From NCBI GenBank assembly GCA_039189765.1, contig JBCCYL010000018.1, forward strand, positions 25,537 through 89,536: DNA of 64,000 nucleotides, given 5' to 3'. How positions within the stretch are numbered: the stretch's first letter is position 1; every line of letters starts with the position of its first letter. The stretch comes from Cyanobacteria bacterium P01_F01_bin.150. Its GTDB lineage: Bacteria; Cyanobacteriota; Cyanobacteriia; CAKZMO01. A model generated the notes under the pieces. The model saw nothing but the letters and a program-made list of their open reading frames with translations. It was not told the DNA's origin and searched no databases. Position numbers and translations under genes: made by a program. This document shows positions 31,468 to 41,547 of this stretch, in pieces.

Positions 31468-31548
31468 GGCTTGTATTCTAAGGCGGGAAACTGGGGCGCT
31501 TCGCGCCCCAGTTTCCCGTTGGGTCTTGCCTGGCTTAAGTTTTAAGCC
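31468..31548. mobile_element. About 81-bp MITE-like element with a possible 8-bp TSD (CCGCTGGT/TCGCTGGT)
   Basis: GGCTTGTATTCTAAG ... CTTAAGTTTTAAGCC ends; internal CGGGAAACTGGGGCG-CTTCG-CGCCCCAGTTTCCCG. Confidence 0.65.
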
Positions 31549-31715
31549 TCGCTGGTCTAGTTTGTAGATCCATCACGGTTTGGCAAGCGATTGCTTTTAC
31601 CATTTTTCAAATTCTTCACCTCCTGGCTATTCGCCAGTCCTTGCCAGCACTGGTCTCTGACTGTGCTGCGGAATTTTTGACTCATTTAATTTAATTTAAT
31701 TTAGGAGAATAAACT

Positions 31716-34700
31716 ATGGCTCAACCTACGGCATATGAGCAGTACATGGTTGAACTTATCAACTGGATTCGGGCGAATCCGACCGCTGCCACACAACGCT
31801 ATAACGGTCCCCTAGGAAACAACACAGCTATCCCTAAGGAGCCGTTAGCCATCAATCTAGATCTGACTGATGCAGCTCAGGGTCATAGTGACGACATGTT
31901 GAGCAGAGGCTTCTTTAGCCATACCGGTTCTAATGGTAGCAGCGCTATTCAGCGGATTGAAGATACTGGATTCCCGCTGCAAACCTTTAGGACTCCTCAA
32001 AATCAACTGTGGTCCTATGGCGAAAATATATCAGCCAAACCATTGGAGGATTTCAACAATCCTAACGCTGACGTCACATTTCAAGATATTGAGAATCATA
32101 TCTATTGGGCGGCAGCGGGCGGTGGCTGGTGGCCGAGTACAGGACATCGAGACACTATTTTGCGAGAGGGCTATAAAGAAATTGGGGTCGGAATTGCCAA
32201 TGGACCCTATGCTCGGTATAACAACAAAAGCTATTCAATTGCTACAGCCAACTTTGGCACTCAAGATCTCGATGGCATCTATAATACACAAGATTTAGAT
32301 CAATCCTTCCTCACGGGGGTGGCATTCAATGACCAAGTGAGGGACGACGATTTCTACACACCTGGAGAAGGCTTGGCAGGGGTCAACATTCGGGCCATTC
32401 GGCAGTCAGACAACCAGAGTTTTACCACCCAGACATTCGGTTCAGGTGGCTATTCCTTGGCTTTAGATGCAGGCACTTATCAGGTCACCTTCTCCGGCGG
32501 CAGGCTCGCAAATTCGGTCACAGAAACGGTGCAGATTGGTTCTCAGAATGTCAAACTCGACCTTGATACGGATGAGCGCGGCATTGTCACAGACCCCAAC
32601 CCGACCCCGAGTCCCGACCCCACACCAGAACCGTCACCCACACCGACTCTACCCGAAGGCAGCGTAGGCACTGACTTCAACGGTGACAGTAAGGCCGATA
32701 TCCTCTGGCAAAATACCGCCACCAATCAGGTAGAAACCTGGCTGATGAACGGGACTCAGCGACAAAGGACGCAATCTATGGGCACTTTGCCTAAGAACTT
32801 TGAAGTCAAGGCCATCGGCGACTTTAATGGCGATGGTCAGGATGATTTGATTCTTCAAGGTCCACGAGGGCAAGTCGAAGCTTGGTTCCTCAACGGGACT
32901 CAACGGAGTAGTAGTGAAACCATCTTTCAATACCTCTATGACACCAACCAGCAAGTCAAAGGAGCAGCTGACTTTAATAGAGATGGCCAAGATGACCTCC
33001 TCGTACACCATGCCACCACTGGGGAAACGGAATTTTGGCAAATGAATGGCACCGATTGGCAAGCCGATGTCGCTTTGCCATCACCCCAAAGCTTAGATTG
33101 GGCGATCGCCGGAACAGGTGATTTCAACAACGATAATAATGTTGATATTCTCTGGCGCAATCAAGCCACCGGCCAAAATCAGGTTTGGTACCTCGACGGG
33201 TTTGCCCGCATCGGCACTACAGCGTTGCCCAACGTCCGAGATGCTAACCAAACGATCGCCGGAACAGGCGATTTCAACCAAGATGGTCAAACTGATATCG
33301 TCTGGCGTGACCAATCTACCGGTGAAAACTCGGTCTGGCTTATGAATGGAGTGCAACGCACCAGTACCGAAACCTTGCCCAGCCGCACTAATTTAGATTG
33401 GCAGACAGCGGCTAGCGTTGGCATGGCCTCAACCCCGACTCCGGCCCCAGCTCCGGCCCCGACCCCGACCCCTGAACCCATGCCCAATCCATCTCCGAAT
33501 CCCAGTGGGTCAGTGGTGCCCACTGATCAATTTGATCAAGAAGTGCTGCGCCTGGTGAATCAAGAACGGACGCAACGGGGGCTACAGCCGTTTACGCTGA
33601 GCCAAAAGCTCGACGAAGCCGCTGATTTACATTCCCAGGACATGGCAGACCAAGGCTACTTCGCCCATCGCGGGTTGAATGGCTCCAGCGTTGGCGATCG
33701 CATCGAAGACGCTGGATATACCGATTGGAATCGCTGGGGTGAAAACATTGACTGGTACAGAAGCACAGCAGAAGGTGTTGTCCAAAGCTGGATGAACAGC
33801 CCCGCTCACCGCGATAACATTTTGAATCGCGATTATACCCATATGGGTTTGGGATATGCCTTCGATGATGATATTCAAGGTGATCACCGCTGGACCCAAG
33901 TATTTGCAGCGGGTGATTCTAACCCAGGTCAATATGTCGCCGAAACGACGGGAACAACTCCAACACCCGCACCCATGCCTACTCCGGAACCAGATCCCAC
34001 TCCCACTCCGGCCCCCAAACCCATTGCCTCAAATGATGGAGGCAATACCATCGGAGAATACGGCACTCTCAACCTCAATCACACCTGGAAGACGGTTGCT
34101 TTAAAGGAAAACTACAAGAACCCTGTGGTACTTGTATCCGATCCCACGATTAGAGGTGGCGATCCAGCAGCAATTCGCCTCAGAAATGTGGCTGCCAATA
34201 CATTCCAAATCCGCCTCCAGGAACCCAATTATAAGGATGGTTGGCATACTACAGAGTCAACCTCCTATATGGTGGTTGAAGCAGGCAATTGGAAGCTGGC
34301 CGATGGTACTCGTCTGTCTGCGGGGATTCATAGAGGTGAAATCCTTAGCAACCAGGGGTTTAACTCTATTAACCTCAACGGGTTCACAAAAACGCCGATG
34401 GTATTGTCCCAAGTCCAAACTTTCAACGAAAGCGATTGGCTAACGACTCGCACCACCCAGCCATCCTCAAGAGGAGTTAAGCTGACAATGCAAAAGGAAG
34501 AAAAGCTCAATCGAGGAACCCATGCTCAAGAAGACATTGGTTGGTTTGCCATTGACCAAGGGATTGCCTCCGATGGCGATACCTTGTTGCAAGGAAACAT
34601 GACATCTCGTAGCCACAGGCATACTCGTTCTGAAGTCAAGTTTGATGCTAGCTTTGACAAAACTCCATCTGTGATCGCCAAGTTGGGGTCGTTTTACGGC

Positions 34701-34865
34701 AGAGATACTGCCACCTTGAGACTGGATGGCATAACTCGCGATGGCTTTGGTGTGCGCGTTCAAGAAGAACAGTCCCTAGATTCGGAACTTCTCCACACCA
34801 CAGAATCTGTCTCTTTCCTAGCCCTTGAGGGACAATCAGGCATGTTAACGGGTGTAGATATCTAA
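31716..34865 (+). CDS. Large multidomain protein: CAP domain, beta-sandwich, FG-GAP repeats, second CAP domain, C-terminal lectin-like repeats; PT linkers
   Basis: AAQGHSDDM..FSHTG..GENI; repeated GDFNxDGxxDILW; WMNSPAHRDNIL; AGGAG RBS. Confidence 0.85.
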   Translation: MAQPTAYEQYMVELINWIRANPTAATQRYNGPLGNNTAIPKEPLAINLDLTDAAQGHSDDMLSRGFFSHTGSNGSSAIQRIEDTGFPLQTFRTPQNQLWSYGENISAKPLEDFNNPNADVTFQDIENHIYWAAAGGGWWPSTGHRDTILREGYKEIGVGIANGPYARYNNKSYSIATANFGTQDLDGIYNTQDLDQSFLTGVAFNDQVRDDDFYTPGEGLAGVNIRAIRQSDNQSFTTQTFGSGGYSLALDAGTYQVTFSGGRLANSVTETVQIGSQNVKLDLDTDERGIVTDPNPTPSPDPTPEPSPTPTLPEGSVGTDFNGDSKADILWQNTATNQVETWLMNGTQRQRTQSMGTLPKNFEVKAIGDFNGDGQDDLILQGPRGQVEAWFLNGTQRSSSETIFQYLYDTNQQVKGAADFNRDGQDDLLVHHATTGETEFWQMNGTDWQADVALPSPQSLDWAIAGTGDFNNDNNVDILWRNQATGQNQVWYLDGFARIGTTALPNVRDANQTIAGTGDFNQDGQTDIVWRDQSTGENSVWLMNGVQRTSTETLPSRTNLDWQTAASVGMASTPTPAPAPAPTPTPEPMPNPSPNPSGSVVPTDQFDQEVLRLVNQERTQRGLQPFTLSQKLDEAADLHSQDMADQGYFAHRGLNGSSVGDRIEDAGYTDWNRWGENIDWYRSTAEGVVQSWMNSPAHRDNILNRDYTHMGLGYAFDDDIQGDHRWTQVFAAGDSNPGQYVAETTGTTPTPAPMPTPEPDPTPTPAPKPIASNDGGNTIGEYGTLNLNHTWKTVALKENYKNPVVLVSDPTIRGGDPAAIRLRNVAANTFQIRLQEPNYKDGWHTTESTSYMVVEAGNWKLADGTRLSAGIHRGEILSNQGFNSINLNGFTKTPMVLSQVQTFNESDWLTTRTTQPSSRGVKLTMQKEEKLNRGTHAQEDIGWFAIDQGIASDGDTLLQGNMTSRSHRHTRSEVKFDASFDKTPSVIAKLGSFYGRDTATLRLDGITRDGFGVRVQEEQSLDSELLHTTESVSFLALEGQSGMLTGVDI

Positions 34866-34917
34866 CCCGTTGAGTGAAAGTTTCAGGTCTGAGTAGCCAA
34901 ATTTTAATTCTCAATAT

Positions 34918-34981
34918 GGCTTAAGTTTTAAGCCGGGAAGAATTTAACGGGAAACTGGGGCGCTCCGCGCCCCAGTTTCCC
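34918..34981. repeat. Partial, oppositely ordered copy of the 81-bp element
   Basis: GGCTTAAGTTTTAAGCC followed by GGGAAACTGGGGCG-CTCCG-CGCCCCAGTTTCCC. Confidence 0.7.
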
Positions 34982-35512
34982 TCTTTGAAATATTGTTGAA
35001 TGTCTTCGCATCCAAGTGGCTGGTATCGCGCTTACCAAGCGTTCAACAGCAATACCCAAATGTAAACCACGATAGCCATTGGTGCGATCGCCCCCTTGTA
35101 AGTTCATTCCGACCGCTACAGTGCATACAACTGGTTGGATGTGAATCATCGTCAAGTGTGTTGGGCGCATCTAAAGCGAGATTTGATCAAGATATCAGTT
35201 TGTTTATGACACCGCTACCAGTATGTTTTTGAGCACGATTGTCCTATGGCCGCATCTTATTTGCGCTTATTTCGCTTGCCTGTCCATCACAGGGTTTGCC
35301 GTTGTTCTTAGCGATTAGCATTGCGGTTACCATTTTGCCGTTCGGATCGTTCAGGCTTGGGTGCCTATAGCGCCTCCCATTGCTCATCCGATAGGGATTC
35401 AAAGAAGGTGCGCATGGGTTCACGCATTGTTTGGGCCACTTCACGAATCTCGGCGCGATCGCCACTTTCACACGCCTCTTCAATATCCAGGTTCTCGGTA
35501 GTGTCTACGACA

Positions 35513-35917
35513 TCATTCCAATATAGTCGAATCTTTACCAGGCTGACGACAGAGAATCACCAGCGCGATCGCCGCCATGGCCAACTCAACCCCAGTCGCT
35601 ATCACTAAATTGTTAGACGGAATTCCATCCAAAGTGAACCCAACTAGGCGTGAAAGTCCAAAAGCACTGTAGACCAATGTGGTGAGAGTGATTGAGAGCG
35701 ATCTGAGATGGGCACGAAACGCTCCGAGGAGGATAAGCAGACCACTACTCACCAGCAAACCGCCAGGGGCACGAATTTCCGAGAGTAGACTGGGATCATT
35801 ACCGAGCAGAATCCCATCACTCGCGTAAAAAGTGTGGGGTACAAACAGGATAGTGCCACCAATGGCCAGCAGTAATAGGGCTGCAAAGACGAGAAAAATA
35901 GAAATGAGGCGGTTCAT
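35513..35917 (-). CDS. DUF4345-like small membrane protein
   Basis: LLSEIRAPGG and SRLVGFTLDGIP; four hydrophobic segments; GGAGA RBS. Confidence 0.72.
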   Translation of the reverse strand: MNRLISIFLVFAALLLLAIGGTILFVPHTFYASDGILLGNDPSLLSEIRAPGGLLVSSGLLILLGAFRAHLRSLSITLTTLVYSAFGLSRLVGFTLDGIPSNNLVIATGVELAMAAIALVILCRQPGKDSTILE

Positions 35918-35943
35918 GGGACGGTTCTCCAGGGTTTGGGATT

Positions 35944-35999
35944 AACAAGTGGCAAGTAACAAGTAACAAGTAGCAAGTAGCAATCAACAAGTAATAAGT
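35944..35999. repeat. Degenerate heptamer tandem repeat (AACAAGT)n
   Basis: Seen directly. Confidence 0.7.
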
Positions 36000-36136
36000 T
36001 GAGTGGCGGCAAATTGACGGGCAAAATCAGCAAATTAACTCATCTGACATCCATAATGGCGGTATTAATCTGGACTTACAATGATAGGAAATCCATTATT
36101 ATTGACTAATCGTCCAAATTTTCTGGATGATTAGAG

Positions 36137-37138
36137 ATGAGAGTCATGACGACACCTGAGACTACCTACCCTACACCGACTCCCCTACCACCCCGCGCCC
36201 CCCTCGGTGAGGTGCTCCACATGCTTCGCCTCACAGGAACGCTGCACTGTCGGGCCGAATTGACTGCACCGTGGGGACTTTCTATTCCTGCGATCGCCGA
36301 TTGTATGGTTTTGGAAATCGTCAATGCAGGCCGTTGCTGGCTGCACGTAGAAGGGGAGGACCCTTGTGAACTGCGCGAAGGCAGTCTCGTTTTGTTGCCC
36401 CACGGGACGGCCCACCAGCTACGTAGCGCGATCGATGCGACCACTCAACCGCTTTTTGATATTCCAGTGGAGAAACTGAGCGATCGCTACGAGATCATGC
36501 GCCATGGTGGGGGCGGTGAGTTGACTCAGGTCACGGCGAGTGTGATGCGGGTCGATCGCTCAGCTGTCGGTAATCGCTTGGAGCTGTTCCCCACGGTGCT
36601 CCAAATCGATGCTTGGGATGATGAGAGTGGATGGTTGCCTAGTACGCTCCGCTTTATTGCCCGAGAAGCAAGAGAGCTGAAGCCAGGCGGAGAAACGGTA
36701 ATCACTCGGCTTACGGATATTCTTATCATTCAACTGATCCGCACCTGGGCTGATTCGGTGTCTGGGTCAAACCAAGGTTGGCTTGCGGCCCTGCGGGATG
36801 AGTCGATTGGTCAGGCACTGGTGTTGATCCATCGTGAGCCCCAGCATCCGTGGACGGTGGCTGCGCTGGCCAAAGCAGTGAACCTGTCTCGCTCGTCATT
36901 CTCCGCCCGATTCACTGAGCGTGTTGGTCAACCGGCCATGGGCTACCTGACACAATGGCGGATGCAACTGGCCCACACGTTGCTTTGTGATACGTCGCTC
37001 CCGTTGGCGGCGATCGCAGAGCGTGTTGGTTATGAATCAGATGCAGCATTTTCAAGAGCCTTCAAACGGAGGTATTGCGTTCCGCCTGGACATATTCGTC
37101 GAGCGAGCCATTCTGCAATCCTTACTCCTCAGCTTTAA
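36137..37138 (+). CDS. AraC family regulator with N-terminal cupin domain (RclR-like)
   Basis: APWGL, GWLAALRD, WTVAALA..LSRSSFSARF, GYESDAAFSRAFKR. Confidence 0.92.
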   Translation: MRVMTTPETTYPTPTPLPPRAPLGEVLHMLRLTGTLHCRAELTAPWGLSIPAIADCMVLEIVNAGRCWLHVEGEDPCELREGSLVLLPHGTAHQLRSAIDATTQPLFDIPVEKLSDRYEIMRHGGGGELTQVTASVMRVDRSAVGNRLELFPTVLQIDAWDDESGWLPSTLRFIAREARELKPGGETVITRLTDILIIQLIRTWADSVSGSNQGWLAALRDESIGQALVLIHREPQHPWTVAALAKAVNLSRSSFSARFTERVGQPAMGYLTQWRMQLAHTLLCDTSLPLAAIAERVGYESDAAFSRAFKRRYCVPPGHIRRASHSAILTPQL

Positions 37139-37176
37139 CATGAGCGTGGAAAAAGTTGAAAGGTTTAATAGTGGAA

Positions 37177-37668
37177 TCACTCTTCAAACGACAATAAGAG
37201 GTCCCGAAGTAATCGATCTAATGTCTCTCGATCCAACGACTTAGCCGCGCTGAGAATTCGATGTTCATTCTCCACATGGGCCTCAATCGCCTGTTCAATC
37301 AGGGTAAAGCCCTTATCCGTAAGCTGAATCAGCGTTCCCCGGCGATCATTCGGATCGGGCATACGGCGAATCAGCTCCGCCTTTTCTAAACGGTCAAGGC
37401 GATTGGTCATCGTGCCAGATGTCACCATCAACGTACTAAACAGCACTGTTGGCGAGAGCTGGAAAGGGGCACCGGAGCGCCGCAGCGTCGCTAGCACATC
37501 AAAATCACCTAAATTCAGGCCAAACTCTGAAAACGTGGTTTTAAGACTTCGCTCCAAATGCTTGGACAAACGGAGAATACGTCCGATCACGCCCATCGGG
37601 GAAACATCCAAGTCAGGCCGTTCTTGATGCCACTGGGCCAGGATTCTATCGACAGGATCAGCAACCAT
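37177..37668 (-). CDS. pecS: MarR family regulator, PecS/UrtR type
   Basis: QWHQERPDLD, FDVLATLRR, SGTMTNRLDRLE, DRRG; divergent from an EamA gene. Confidence 0.8.
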   Translation of the reverse strand: MVADPVDRILAQWHQERPDLDVSPMGVIGRILRLSKHLERSLKTTFSEFGLNLGDFDVLATLRRSGAPFQLSPTVLFSTLMVTSGTMTNRLDRLEKAELIRRMPDPNDRRGTLIQLTDKGFTLIEQAIEAHVENEHRILSAAKSLDRETLDRLLRDLLLSFEE

Positions 37669-37703
37669 AGAACTGTCTTCTCTTCATTTTTCTCAGCACC
37701 AAG

Positions 37704-37761
37704 TATCTTAACATCAAGACAAATGCTAGTATCTTAGAGTCAAGTATCTTGAGTTCAAGGT
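37704..37761. promoter_or_regulatory. Three imperfect TATCTT-N5-(C)AAG palindromic boxes, putative PecS operators
   Basis: TATCTTAACATCAAGAC, TATCTTAGAGTCAAGTA, TATCTTGAGTTCAAGGT. Confidence 0.65.
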
Positions 37762-37767
37762 AAATCC

Positions 37768-38679
37768 ATGCGCTTATCAACTACAGCTTCTCTTGATATA
37801 GGGTTGACGGTCCTAGCCCCCATTGCCTGGGGCACAACCTATATTGTCGCCACTGAATTCTTGCCAGCAGGGCATCCTCTCTTGGTGGCCTCATTGCGAT
37901 CGCTCCCCGTTGGCCTCCTCCTTACCCTTGCCTTTAGAAAGTTGCCTCAAGGCATTTGGTGGTGGCGAATGTTAATCTTGGGTGGATTAAATATTGGTGT
38001 TTTTCAAGCCTTTCTGTTTGTAGCGGCATATCGGTTACCTGGGGGTGTTGCCGCTACTGCGGGAGCAATTCAGCCTCTTTTGGTTGTGTTGTTTTCCTGG
38101 CTGCTTTTAGATGAAAAACCTTCGCCGCGATCGATTAAGGTGGCGATCGCCGGAGTTATCGGGGTTAGCCTTCTCGTCCTTGGCCCTGGTGCGCAATTGG
38201 ACGGGATGGGTATTGCTGCGGCGATCGCTGGAGCCGCATCCATGGGGCTTGGAACGGTACTGGTTAAACGATGGAAACGCCCAGTTTCTTTGCTGGTCTT
38301 TACAGCGTGGCAGCTAGTGGTTGGAGGTACTCTTTTATTGCCCATTGCCTTAGTGGTTGAAGGCCCGTTTGAAACTCTTTCGACGACTAATATTCAAGGT
38401 TTGATGTATCTGGGCGTTATTGGGACTGGTCTGGCTTATTTACTCTGGTTTAGGGGGATTGATCGGCTCAAAGCCTCCGCCGTTTCCTACTTAGGGCTTA
38501 TGAGTCCGGTAGTGGCTACCCTAATTGGCTTTGTCTGGCTTCAACAAACGTTTACCCCCACTCAGTTGCTGGGAACAGTAATCATTTTTACAAGTGTTGT
38601 ATTTGGTCAAAAAATCGATACCCCGCGTCGGTTCTCTGAGCAACCTCAAAGCCTGACTCGTCAATATCTGGCAGATTAA
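37768..38679 (+). CDS. pecM: EamA/DMT family exporter, PecM-like
   Basis: APIAWGTTYIVATEFLP, AAYRLPGGVAAT; about 10 TM segments. Confidence 0.8.
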   Translation: MRLSTTASLDIGLTVLAPIAWGTTYIVATEFLPAGHPLLVASLRSLPVGLLLTLAFRKLPQGIWWWRMLILGGLNIGVFQAFLFVAAYRLPGGVAATAGAIQPLLVVLFSWLLLDEKPSPRSIKVAIAGVIGVSLLVLGPGAQLDGMGIAAAIAGAASMGLGTVLVKRWKRPVSLLVFTAWQLVVGGTLLLPIALVVEGPFETLSTTNIQGLMYLGVIGTGLAYLLWFRGIDRLKASAVSYLGLMSPVVATLIGFVWLQQTFTPTQLLGTVIIFTSVVFGQKIDTPRRFSEQPQSLTRQYLAD

Positions 38680-38803
38680 ACGGACATCCAGGAATTTTCT
38701 AGAATGTAGCCCATCACACAACGGCATTTTGAAAATCCATCATCCTAGTAAGGAAGAATCGCCTGTTGTGAACGACTCATATCTAGAGAGCGGATTGAAT
38801 GCC

Positions 38804-39478
38804 ATGCGTCTTCTGTTGGTTGAGGATGATACCCAGCTTGCCGAATCCCTGACTGAGGTTCTAGTGGCCCAGCGCTACGTAGTGGACGTGGCCCAGGATG
38901 GGGAGATGGGCTGGTGTCAGATGCAAGCGTTGGAGTATGACCTTACGTTAATGGATGTAACGTTGCCCCATTTAGACGGCATCCGTCTGTGTCAGCGGCT
39001 CCGGAGTAGAGGTTATGACTTGCCGGTGCTGATGCTAACTGCACGAGATACCAGTCAGGACAAGGTTAGAGGGCTAGATGCCGGAGCCGATGCCTATATG
39101 GTTAAGCCCTTTGATTTGCAGGAATTATTGGCTCAGATTCGGGCGCTGCTGCGTCGAGGTGGTCCGTCCCTATCACCAGTATTAAATTGGGGACCACTGA
39201 CTCTTAATCCCATCACCTACGATGTCAGCTATTGCGACCAAGTCCTTAGATTGACGCCCAAGGAGTTTTCGATTCTGGAGTTGCTACTCCGCAACGGTCG
39301 GCGGGTTTTAAGTCGGGCTTTTATCTTAGAGGCCCTCTGGTCAATGCAGAGTCCCCCCGATGAGGAAACGGTCAAGGCCCATATCAAAAGCCTACGCAAC
39401 AAGCTGAGAAAAGTGGGTGCGCCCAAGGCTTTTATTGAAACCGTTCATGGTGTGGGCTATCGGTTACTACAGCTTTAG
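38804..39478 (+). CDS. OmpR family response regulator
   Basis: LLVEDD, MLTAR, KPF, ETVHGVGYRL. Confidence 0.93.
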   Translation: MRLLLVEDDTQLAESLTEVLVAQRYVVDVAQDGEMGWCQMQALEYDLTLMDVTLPHLDGIRLCQRLRSRGYDLPVLMLTARDTSQDKVRGLDAGADAYMVKPFDLQELLAQIRALLRRGGPSLSPVLNWGPLTLNPITYDVSYCDQVLRLTPKEFSILELLLRNGRRVLSRAFILEALWSMQSPPDEETVKAHIKSLRNKLRKVGAPKAFIETVHGVGYRLLQL

Positions 39479-39544
39479 AGCAGGTTCGCAAAGGCGATGG
39501 CGGTGGCAGCGGTGGCAGTGGCAGTTAAAACTGCACCTGGGAGA

Positions 39545-39616
39545 GCAAAGTCTGCCTGCGCAGACGATCAGCCCCTAACCTGCGTAGGCTTCGTCTAGCC
39601 GCGACTTCCAGTCGCC
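39545..39616. repeat. Degenerate REP-like element related to the pair inside the 43.8-kb MITE
   Basis: AACCTGCGTAGGC..TAGCCGCGACTTCCAGTCGCC. Confidence 0.55.
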
Positions 39617-39650
39617 ACGGCTACAACCTCATTAGAGAGAGAAAGCAAAT

Positions 39651-41468
39651 CTATTCCACACGCGGTAATTTGACTGTAAACTCTGTTCCCTTACCAACAA
39701 CACTTTGACACAGCAACTTGCCCTGGTGGAGATTCAGACAGGCCGATACAACAGATAGTCCCAGCCCAGTCCCCGGCAAAGCCCCGACATTACTGCCTCG
39801 GTAAAACGCTTCGTTAAGCCGTGACTGATCCTGTTCTGGAATGCCGATGCCATTGTCTCGCACCACGAATAAAATCTCATGGGCATGTCCGGTTAACGTC
39901 AAGCTGACATTCGGGTCGGGCACAGAAGAATTGAGGTCGGGCGCAGAATATTTGATCGCATTCGTCAATAAATTGGTTATCACCGCTCGCAGGAGCTGTG
40001 GGTCAACATACCCCATTTGGCAATCGCCCTCTATTCGAAACTCAATGGAGACCGCCGACTCTATACCAAACTGGATCTCATCAATAAGCTGTTGGCAAAA
40101 CTGAGGTAAATTGACAATCTCAGGAGTAAATTGCAGCTTGCCGGACTCGGCACGGGCCAGGGTTAACAGGTCATTTAACAGCAGGCTCATTCGTTTAGCC
40201 GCTGTTCGTATTCGACTATAAATCTGTTGTTTGGTGTCCACGCTGGTGGACGTTGAGGCAGCAGAAAGGGTGCCCTCCTCTGTCTGAATTGGCTCTAGTT
40301 CCAACTGTTGAGCCGAAATAAGAATCGTGCTGAGGGGCGTCCGTAACTCATGGGATGCCATGGAAAATAAGCGTGTTTTTAACTCACTAAGTTCCCTAGT
40401 TTTGGCAATTTCAGACTGGGCTTGGGATAGCGATCGCCCCACTCCAAGAGTCAACAGTAAACCAACCAACAGCGTAGACACCGTTCCCCACAGCGGTGGT
40501 GCCGGATAGGTAGCGGCAGGGGAAAAAGCGATCGCCCACGTTTGCCCTCCTGTCGTAATCCTCTGCCTGCAATCTTCTATTTTGGGACACAGGATCCGAT
40601 TACGGGGGACGGCAGAAAATGGATCGGTAAGAACGGTTTGGGTAGCCGCATCGTAGTGGCCCAGGAAGTGGGATGCGGATGGCGTTGTTTGATCAGCGAG
40701 GGTAAAGTCAATCTCATAGTTGAGCAACTGAAGCGCTTCCTCTACCACATCCGATACCCGAAAGACCCCCAATAAATACCCATCAACGGCCTGCCGCCGT
40801 ATTTCAATCGAACTGAGGGAAGACTCGTTGAACGAGGCACTACTGTACAGGGGTAAAAAGACGAGAAATCCAAACTGTTTTTTATGTTCCTGGACCAGGC
40901 GAATGGGGCCAGAAGCAGCTACCGTGCCTGTACCCCTGGCTTTTTCCATGGCTTGGTGACGGGTGGGATCGGACGTGAGGTCATAGCCAAAGGCCAGTTC
41001 ATTGCCATTCCATGGTTGCAGATAAGTAACAGGAACGTAGTGCGATCGCCTCTGCGCCCTTACTAATGCGCCACGACTATCTCGCTCGGTGATTTGAAAG
41101 GTTGGATATCCCTGAGCTTGGATAGCCGCCTCAAAAGCAGGGCGATCGCGCTCCAGAACCAGCGGTGCCCACTCCAAGGCTTGAATTCCAGGATAGGTAT
41201 CCAGTGCCCGTTCCACAAATTGATTAAAGCGATCGCGGGAGACGGTATTGTTAGAAACACTATAAAAGTCCCCCAATGCTAGCAAAATATCGGTATAGCG
41301 GTTGATACTCCGCTGTAACGTCGTTGTCAGGTTATCGGTTTGACGCTGGAAGTGCAGACGATAGTTGGTGCGCTCCCATCGGGCCACCGCAACTGTTGCG
41401 AGGATCGAAAGGCTAGTCCCCACGATAAGGCTTAGGGCGATAGAAAAACGAGACTGATCAGTAGGCAT
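39651..41468 (-). CDS. CHASE-domain sensor histidine kinase
   Basis: TM, YPGIQALEW, GYDL, PIRLVQE, TM, H-box ASHELRTPL, GTGLGL. Confidence 0.92.
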   Translation of the reverse strand: MPTDQSRFSIALSLIVGTSLSILATVAVARWERTNYRLHFQRQTDNLTTTLQRSINRYTDILLALGDFYSVSNNTVSRDRFNQFVERALDTYPGIQALEWAPLVLERDRPAFEAAIQAQGYPTFQITERDSRGALVRAQRRSHYVPVTYLQPWNGNELAFGYDLTSDPTRHQAMEKARGTGTVAASGPIRLVQEHKKQFGFLVFLPLYSSASFNESSLSSIEIRRQAVDGYLLGVFRVSDVVEEALQLLNYEIDFTLADQTTPSASHFLGHYDAATQTVLTDPFSAVPRNRILCPKIEDCRQRITTGGQTWAIAFSPAATYPAPPLWGTVSTLLVGLLLTLGVGRSLSQAQSEIAKTRELSELKTRLFSMASHELRTPLSTILISAQQLELEPIQTEEGTLSAASTSTSVDTKQQIYSRIRTAAKRMSLLLNDLLTLARAESGKLQFTPEIVNLPQFCQQLIDEIQFGIESAVSIEFRIEGDCQMGYVDPQLLRAVITNLLTNAIKYSAPDLNSSVPDPNVSLTLTGHAHEILFVVRDNGIGIPEQDQSRLNEAFYRGSNVGALPGTGLGLSVVSACLNLHQGKLLCQSVVGKGTEFTVKLPRVE

Positions 41469-41491
41469 AAGGTGTTTCTATCTGGTGGGCC

Positions 41492-41524
41492 AGATCCCAG
41501 GGTTCTTAAAGAACCCTGGGATCT
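41492..41524. repeat. Perfect 16-bp-arm palindrome (small dispersed repeat or terminator)
   Basis: AGATCCCAGGGTTCTT-A-AAGAACCCTGGGATCT. Confidence 0.75.
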
Positions 41525-41547
41525 AAATCCAGCCGATTTCAGTGACA

